From positions 108,803-128,802 of IMG/VR virus record IMGVR_UViG_3300044701_002172: a stretch of 20,000 bases of DNA. One strand, written 5' to 3'. This document shows positions 15,652 through 20,000 of this stretch, piece by piece. The stretch is from an uncultured virus (IMG/VR IMGVR_UViG_3300044701_002172). Lineage: Duplodnaviria > Heunggongvirae > Uroviricota > Caudoviricetes. Each line of letters starts with the position of its first letter. Position 1 is the stretch's first letter. Both the position numbers and the translations under genes were made by a program. The notes beneath the pieces were generated by a model. That model was not told the DNA's origin and did no database searches. It was given only the letters and a program-made list of their open reading frames with translations.

Positions 15652-15740
15652 TAGTCTTCAGGGTCGTTGTGGTGAATAGCATAGTTAAACACTAATGCAA
15701 TAAAAGCAAGGGCAAACCAAGATCCAAAAAAAGTAATCAT
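15651..15740 (-). CDS. Single-TM micropeptide (29 aa, MITFFGSWFALAFIALVFNYAIHHNDPED)
   Basis: Manual translation; ATGA and TAATG overlaps at its two ends. Confidence 0.65.
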   Translation of the reverse strand: MITFFGSWFALAFIALVFNYAIHHNDPED

Positions 15741-15898
15741 CGGATGTAAAGATGTTTTTTGTTTTCAATCATATGATCCAAAACTTGTGCTAGTTTTTGT
15801 TCATATGTGGCATTGTTATGTTTCATACACTCCACATAAGCATCATGAAGGCGAGCGTACAAGTCATCCCAATGAGTTTTGTCGATAGGTTTAATCAT
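15737..15898 (-). CDS. Small hypothetical protein (53 aa, MIKPIDKTHWDDLYARLHDAY...)
   Basis: Manual translation; ATGA overlaps at both ends. Confidence 0.7.
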   Translation of the reverse strand: MIKPIDKTHWDDLYARLHDAYVECMKHNNATYEQKLAQVLDHMIENKKHLYIR

Positions 15899-16098
15899 TT
15901 CCAAATGCCAGAAACAACAGCAATACCAAGAATAATAGCAAGAAAACCAAGAGCGATCAGGAAACTAATCCAAATAGGAGAAATAACCCAAATCCAAGGC
16001 CAAGAAATAAATCCAGTGAGTTTTAGACCAACAAACAGAATAGTCAACCATCCAGCAAATCCCATGCCAGAGTTGACGGTAGTAGTGTTGCTAGACAT
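15895..16098 (-). CDS. Small membrane protein (LTILFVGLKLTGFISWPWIWVISPIW family)
   Basis: Widespread phage membrane-protein motif; start moved to ATG 16098, downstream of the promoter. Confidence 0.8.
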   Translation of the reverse strand: MSSNTTTVNSGMGFAGWLTILFVGLKLTGFISWPWIWVISPIWISFLIALGFLAIILGIAVVSGIWK

Positions 16099-16120
16099 GT
16101 GTTTTGTTTGAACTGAAGAC

Positions 16121-16178
16121 AGTATAGACCATAAAAAAGGGGGCGTCAACCCCCTTGTGTCGGTTTCAGAACTGTCCA
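16121..16178 (-). promoter_or_regulatory. Complete early promoter cassette; the hairpin plus T-run also fits a terminator for the RNA-repair genes
   Basis: AAGGGGG-TTGACG-CCCCCTT-TTTT; 17-bp spacer to TATACT (16126..16121); box GTGTCGGTT-TCAG-AACTGTCCA 16157-16178. Confidence 0.85.
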
Positions 16179-16636
16179 TTTCCTTGACCAACATCAAACA
16201 CCCAGATGCCACGCTCAATCCACATGTTCACCACACGCTGGCGGTCATCAAAGACACCCAGAATCCTATGAGTTTTAATGATTTCATCAGCAATCTCACC
16301 TTTAACAATAGCATCATCACGGTGATCTTTATACTTTCTCATATACAACCCATCCCATTTGAAACCAAATTTGGTGAGCCACTCTTCTGTTTGATCACGA
16401 TAATCATCTGACCGACCAGATACAAAGAACAGATCAGCATTCATAATTCCCTTACTGGCATGTAGAGATTTGTATACAAGTTCTACTGCTAGGTTGGGAA
16501 CATCTTCACTCAGTCCTTTGTTCCAAGCATCCCAGTTACGGGGTTTGGTTGCCACATACTGACGACGATGGCGAACATCACAGATAGTTCCATCGAGATC
16601 GAAAACGAAGCACTTCTTTTGTTCCACATTCAACAT
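16166..16636 (-). CDS. HAD-family phosphatase, T4 PNKP 3'-phosphatase-like domain
   Basis: FDLDGT, VSGR, LYMR...DHRDDAIVK, FDDRQRVV motifs as in the PseT C-terminal domain; start could also be GTG 16627. Confidence 0.88.
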   Translation of the reverse strand: MLNVEQKKCFVFDLDGTICDVRHRRQYVATKPRNWDAWNKGLSEDVPNLAVELVYKSLHASKGIMNADLFFVSGRSDDYRDQTEEWLTKFGFKWDGLYMRKYKDHRDDAIVKGEIADEIIKTHRILGVFDDRQRVVNMWIERGIWVFDVGQGNGQF

Positions 16637-17087
16637 AATCAAATCCTTCAGATACAGTTGGTTTTTCAAATTGATGATACATTCTTTTCAGAATGTCTTT
16701 GGGAATGAACTTACCTTCACGATGATTATTTCGTTCCAGTGCTTCTTCTAAAGGAATCTCAAAGTAAACTGCTCCTCTGTGACAATGTGACGGCAGTTTA
16801 TTGAGTTTTTTCTTTCGTGCTTTGACACTGAGATTCGTCTGATCCCATATAATATTTTTGCCATTGTCAATGGCATATGGGATCAGTTTCTCCATCATCC
16901 GTGTTGCTTCTGTGATATACTGATCGAACACTTCATTATATGTTTTGCCTTCTTTTTTGGCATAATAATCAATATAGTAATCTGTCGAGAGAACCACAGA
17001 ATTTTTCCAATAGTCCAGAGCAAGAAGTTTATCCACATAGGTAGATTTCCCACTGGTGGGTATACCACAGAGCATTACACATTCCAT
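16578..17087 (-). CDS. P-loop kinase (AAA_33), polynucleotide 5'-kinase-like
   Basis: GIPTSGKST Walker A, LSTD, IIWDQTN, RNNHR lid; lies between the RNA ligase and the phosphatase. Confidence 0.85.
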   Translation of the reverse strand: MECVMLCGIPTSGKSTYVDKLLALDYWKNSVVLSTDYYIDYYAKKEGKTYNEVFDQYITEATRMMEKLIPYAIDNGKNIIWDQTNLSVKARKKKLNKLPSHCHRGAVYFEIPLEEALERNNHREGKFIPKDILKRMYHQFEKPTVSEGFDYVECGTKEVLRFRSRWNYL

Positions 17088-18244
17088 GACAAACCTCCAA
17101 ACAACCAGCGATTCTGGTCAATTTTAGTTTGAGTGGTGAGTAATTTGCTGATCATGTCAACAATGGTCTGGCGAGACCCTTTACCACCTTTCATAGCATA
17201 CATGATCGGGGCGTGGATTGGCAAGATTTTGGTCTGGACAAACTGGGTAGCAAAATCCTTTCGGTCAGGATACATGATACAACCAGCATTATACATGTCT
17301 GCCATCTCACTGGCAAGGTCGTCTACAGCCAGCCAGAAGGCGTTCTGGAACGCTTTAAGGCGGGTAGCGTCGTCTGGGGTCAGCAACGGCACAAGATCGT
17401 CTACAGAGTCACTGAGGATGGTCTGGAGGACGTTTTTCTCCTGACTGATCTGGTCTTTTGATTTGTGACGAAGCACATACTCATCTGCCTTGACTTTGAC
17501 CATGTGACCATTATCAAAACGGAGAACAACACCTTCTCCATCATCCCACTCACGAACTTGTTTCACAAACAAATCAATGTTTTGAACAGCAAGACCATCA
17601 ACTGCTTTGACTACAGGAATATCCCTAGCAGAAGCATAGTTCTTCATAGCATCATAATGTACATAATTACCATCAGATACATACCTCATGGCAGTCAGAA
17701 TGAGTTGATCTTCAGGATAATCAACCACAATACGGTTCTTACGAGAGCACCACTCAAAAATAGGAGTGATGTTTCGTTGGAAGCACTTGTGAATAAACTG
17801 AGAATAATGTTTTTTATCCGCAATAAAATACTCAGCATTCATTGCTACATCAGTAACACCAGCCTTTGTACCTAAACGAAAACCTTCTTTGGTTGGAATA
17901 GGACGAATCATAGACCCATCCAGTTTCTCCAACACCACATGAGGTTCGTATAGATTGATCTTGTTGATTGCTGTCTCTTCACGCTCACCAGCATTAAAGA
18001 ACTTGTGATACGGACGGGAGATAAGATTACCAGTGGCAGTATCAAAGATCAGACCACGACATTCACGACGAATCTTCATGTTGTAATGAGATCGCTCACG
18101 AATAAGTGAGAAAGTATCATCAAACGCCACCATGTAGTTAACAACGGTATACCAATCCTTCACCATCACCTTGAACTCGGGACGATCTTCAATGTGAGGG
18201 ATCACATCATCAATATGTTTGATCTCAGGAAAATCATAGTTCAT
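17075..18244 (-). CDS. rnlA: RNA ligase 1 (T4 Rnl1 family)
   Basis: ECRGLIF, KFFN, motif I EKLDGS, FE, NRIVVDY, EGVV, VKVK; start may be 18244, 18250 or 18253. Confidence 0.92.
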   Translation of the reverse strand: MNYDFPEIKHIDDVIPHIEDRPEFKVMVKDWYTVVNYMVAFDDTFSLIRERSHYNMKIRRECRGLIFDTATGNLISRPYHKFFNAGEREETAINKINLYEPHVVLEKLDGSMIRPIPTKEGFRLGTKAGVTDVAMNAEYFIADKKHYSQFIHKCFQRNITPIFEWCSRKNRIVVDYPEDQLILTAMRYVSDGNYVHYDAMKNYASARDIPVVKAVDGLAVQNIDLFVKQVREWDDGEGVVLRFDNGHMVKVKADEYVLRHKSKDQISQEKNVLQTILSDSVDDLVPLLTPDDATRLKAFQNAFWLAVDDLASEMADMYNAGCIMYPDRKDFATQFVQTKILPIHAPIMYAMKGGKGSRQTIVDMISKLLTTQTKIDQNRWLFGGLSWNV

Positions 18245-18590
18245 AGTCATCATCCCAGGGTGCTTTACGATCTAATAGTTTACGAATGCTTTCTACTGCT
18301 TCTGGATCTGGTGGTTGATTTAATCTTTCCGTAAGAGCATCAAAATCTGTTTGTGATAGAACAATACGCTCTGGAGGATATGATCCTTTACCCCAGAATG
18401 TCTCAAATGCCCACTTATAATTCATGTCTTCCCACCCACCATTCAGTGAAGACCAGAACGATCCCCAGATATGATAATCATCAAATCTAAACCCTTCATG
18501 GCACATCAACCTGAACCACCACCACAATGGAGTGTACATAATCGGTTTAAATCCGATTAACCTTTTGTATATGAACACTGGAATGTACAT
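18234..18590 (-). CDS. Hypothetical Trp-rich protein
   Basis: 118-aa ORF; C-terminal RIVLSQTDFDALTERLNQPP...LLDRKAPW. Confidence 0.75.
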   Translation of the reverse strand: MYIPVFIYKRLIGFKPIMYTPLWWWFRLMCHEGFRFDDYHIWGSFWSSLNGGWEDMNYKWAFETFWGKGSYPPERIVLSQTDFDALTERLNQPPDPEAVESIRKLLDRKAPWDDDYEL

Positions 18591-18836
18591 TTACCGATAC
18601 CAACTCAAGTCACGTTGACGATAGGCAAGGAAGTCAAATGAAATTGTGAGTTTATAAACACTCAAAGTGAATCCACACAAACTTTCTCCAAGCACATTAA
18701 TGAGCAGCAAAGGTCTACCTGACCATTCGGACCAATCCACATTGAATTGAAACAGATTAAACACCCTAGTACAAAATATGTTTAAATACCATTCATGTCC
18801 AAAATCGTACTGGTGAAAATAATCAACGAGTTTCAT
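18591..18836 (-). CDS. Hypothetical protein (DFGHEWY)
   Basis: 81-aa ORF, ATGA overlap. Confidence 0.75.
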   Translation of the reverse strand: MKLVDYFHQYDFGHEWYLNIFCTRVFNLFQFNVDWSEWSGRPLLLINVLGESLCGFTLSVYKLTISFDFLAYRQRDLSWYR

Positions 18837-19039
18837 GGTAGGTTCTCAATTTCTTTGGATAGAGTCATCATATCACCCTTGTCCAGCACTGTCAAGTTAT
18901 TCATCTTGGCTGCTGTCATGGTTTTCACATGTTCCATTGTCTTACGAATGACGGCAGCAACGAGTTTCTGTTCTGTATCTGCCCATGTGTTACGCTCATT
19001 CCAAATGGAATCCATGAGTTTTTGTGCTCTTTCACTCAT
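18833..19039 (-). CDS. Hypothetical protein
   Basis: 68-aa ORF, ATGA overlaps. Confidence 0.75.
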   Translation of the reverse strand: MSERAQKLMDSIWNERNTWADTEQKLVAAVIRKTMEHVKTMTAAKMNNLTVLDKGDMMTLSKEIENLP

Positions 19040-19236
19040 TCTGCTAACCTCAGTTTACGTTCAGGTGAAATGGTAGGATTGTACCAATCATCATAGTCAT
19101 AGATGTACATTTGATACCAACCATAGTTCAGTTCTTCAAAGAAAGCAAGTCGGTCTATGTTGTCATTGTATTCATCAAATCTAAAATAGAATACATTACG
19201 CCAATGCCAATAGGCATCTGATATCCACTCTTTCAT
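19036..19236 (-). CDS. Hypothetical aromatic-rich protein
   Basis: 66-aa ORF, ATGA overlaps. Confidence 0.75.
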   Translation of the reverse strand: MKEWISDAYWHWRNVFYFRFDEYNDNIDRLAFFEELNYGWYQMYIYDYDDWYNPTISPERKLRLAE

Positions 19237-19532
19237 TTGAGAATCTCCTGTACATTTACCTCACTGTAATCTTTAAAGTCAAGCATCTCCATCACATATC
19301 CGTCAAAGTCAGTAGCATCACATTCGTAAACATAATGACCGTGATTGTTGTCACTCTCAGTGTAGTTACCAAGATAATCAGCAAAGGTGAGGAAGATTGC
19401 CATAGCACGAGCTTTGTCGTGCTGAGTGATAGAAGTATGGGGGTGTGCTACGATTCGTGTGATACAATCAAACAACTCTTCACGGGTGTAAGAGAATACT
19501 TTGGCGTTTTCATCAAGTTTGTAGTTAGCCAT
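19233..19532 (-). CDS. Hypothetical protein (MANYKLDENAKVFSYTREELF...)
   Basis: Track ORF 19233..19625; start moved to 19532. Confidence 0.75.
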   Translation of the reverse strand: MANYKLDENAKVFSYTREELFDCITRIVAHPHTSITQHDKARAMAIFLTFADYLGNYTESDNNHGHYVYECDATDFDGYVMEMLDFKDYSEVNVQEILK

Positions 19533-19713
19533 CATACACCATTTCAAATTCTTCAAATTGGTCAACAGATACTTCGTGCTCGCCAGCAACAAGATACCAA
19601 TGCTTGCCATCTTCACGAACACCAAGATATTTCATCTGGTCTTCATCAAAATCATTTTCTCTCATGGCAGCTTGAATCTTGTAGTGAATAAGATCAGATT
19701 TACTTGGTGTCAT
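19525..19713 (-). CDS. Hypothetical protein (IHYKIQAAMRE...HWYLVAGEHEV)
   Basis: Track ORF 19525..19752; start moved to 19713. Confidence 0.75.
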   Translation of the reverse strand: MTPSKSDLIHYKIQAAMRENDFDEDQMKYLGVREDGKHWYLVAGEHEVSVDQFEEFEMVYDG

Positions 19714-19903
19714 CATTGACCCATTCCTCATAACGTGTATTGATCTTACCACAGTTGCGGAAGATATTCAAGTGTCCTGTGTTACCATTCTCAAAATAGA
19801 ATGCCATCCACACGTGCTCTCCTTCATCCATCACCTCATAGTGATAGGATTTGATGTTATCAAGCAGGAACTCATCAGGGTTGTAAAGTTCTTTGTCAGT
19901 CAT
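19700..19903 (-). CDS. Hypothetical protein (NPDE...HYEVMD..HVW)
   Basis: 67-aa ORF, ATGA overlap. Confidence 0.75.
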   Translation of the reverse strand: MTDKELYNPDEFLLDNIKSYHYEVMDEGEHVWMAFYFENGNTGHLNIFRNCGKINTRYEEWVNDDTK

Positions 19904-20000
19904 TGGTATTTCATCTCCTTAATAAGAGCAGTGAAGAATGCTATTCGGTCTTTTGAGTATTCAATGTCTACACCATAATTTCTACAGAAGCTTTCAAGTT
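19900..20000 (-). CDS. 3' end of a hypothetical protein starting beyond the window (...LESFCRNYGVDIEYSKDRIAFFTALIKEMKYQ)
   Basis: Open frame from the window edge to TGA at 19902..19900, ATGA overlap with the next gene. Confidence 0.6.
   Translation of the reverse strand, partial: LESFCRNYGVDIEYSKDRIAFFTALIKEMKYQ

Noticed and set aside
452..16178. Repeated palindromes as a CRISPR array, attC-like sites or IS ends
   Set aside because: Copies are degenerate, kilobases apart and tied to -10 boxes; no cas, integrase or transposase gene in the window
16578..16669. Programmed frameshift fusing kinase and phosphatase into a T4-like PNKP
   Set aside because: No canonical slippery heptamer or stimulatory structure seen; the kinase ends naturally near EGFD and the phosphatase has its own ATG/GTG
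18..19978. All plus-strand ORFs in the track (e.g. 324..641, 7574..8050, 8273..8803, 17465..17875)
   Set aside because: Antisense shadows of well-supported minus-strand genes, with no recognisable motifs or plus-strand promoters
1..20000. tRNA genes, introns, inteins or stop-codon recoding
   Set aside because: No cloverleaf seen; recognisable genes are full-length and uninterrupted under the standard code, and gaps are explained by small ORFs or promoters

Overview
This window looks like the early/hyperplastic region of a T4-like cyanomyovirus (Kyanoviridae-like; inferred from gene style and content, not from a core marker gene). Essentially all genes lie on the minus strand as about 60 tightly packed, mostly small ORFs with ATGA/TAATG overlaps; about a dozen of them are missing from the ORF track. 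Recognisable genes: an RNA-repair trio (Rnl1-type RNA ligase, P-loop polynucleotide kinase and a separate HAD phosphatase), a PrnA-like flavin-dependent halogenase homolog, a pyrimidine-dimer glycosylase-family protein, a thioredoxin/glutaredoxin, a 2OG-Fe(II) oxygenase, and a 674-aa putative PD-(D/E)XK-like protein. The most striking non-coding signal is a modular promoter system. A 9-4-9 palindromic box (GTGNCAGTT-N4-AACTGNCAC) sits 35-37 bp from the -10 hexamer at five promoters, three of which have no consensus -35. At three promoters a GC-rich hairpin encloses the -35 and could double as a terminator. The halogenase homolog has DAPG in place of the catalytic/halide-binding ESTG, so it may not be a conventional halogenase. 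No tRNA, rRNA, CRISPR array or transposase was seen.
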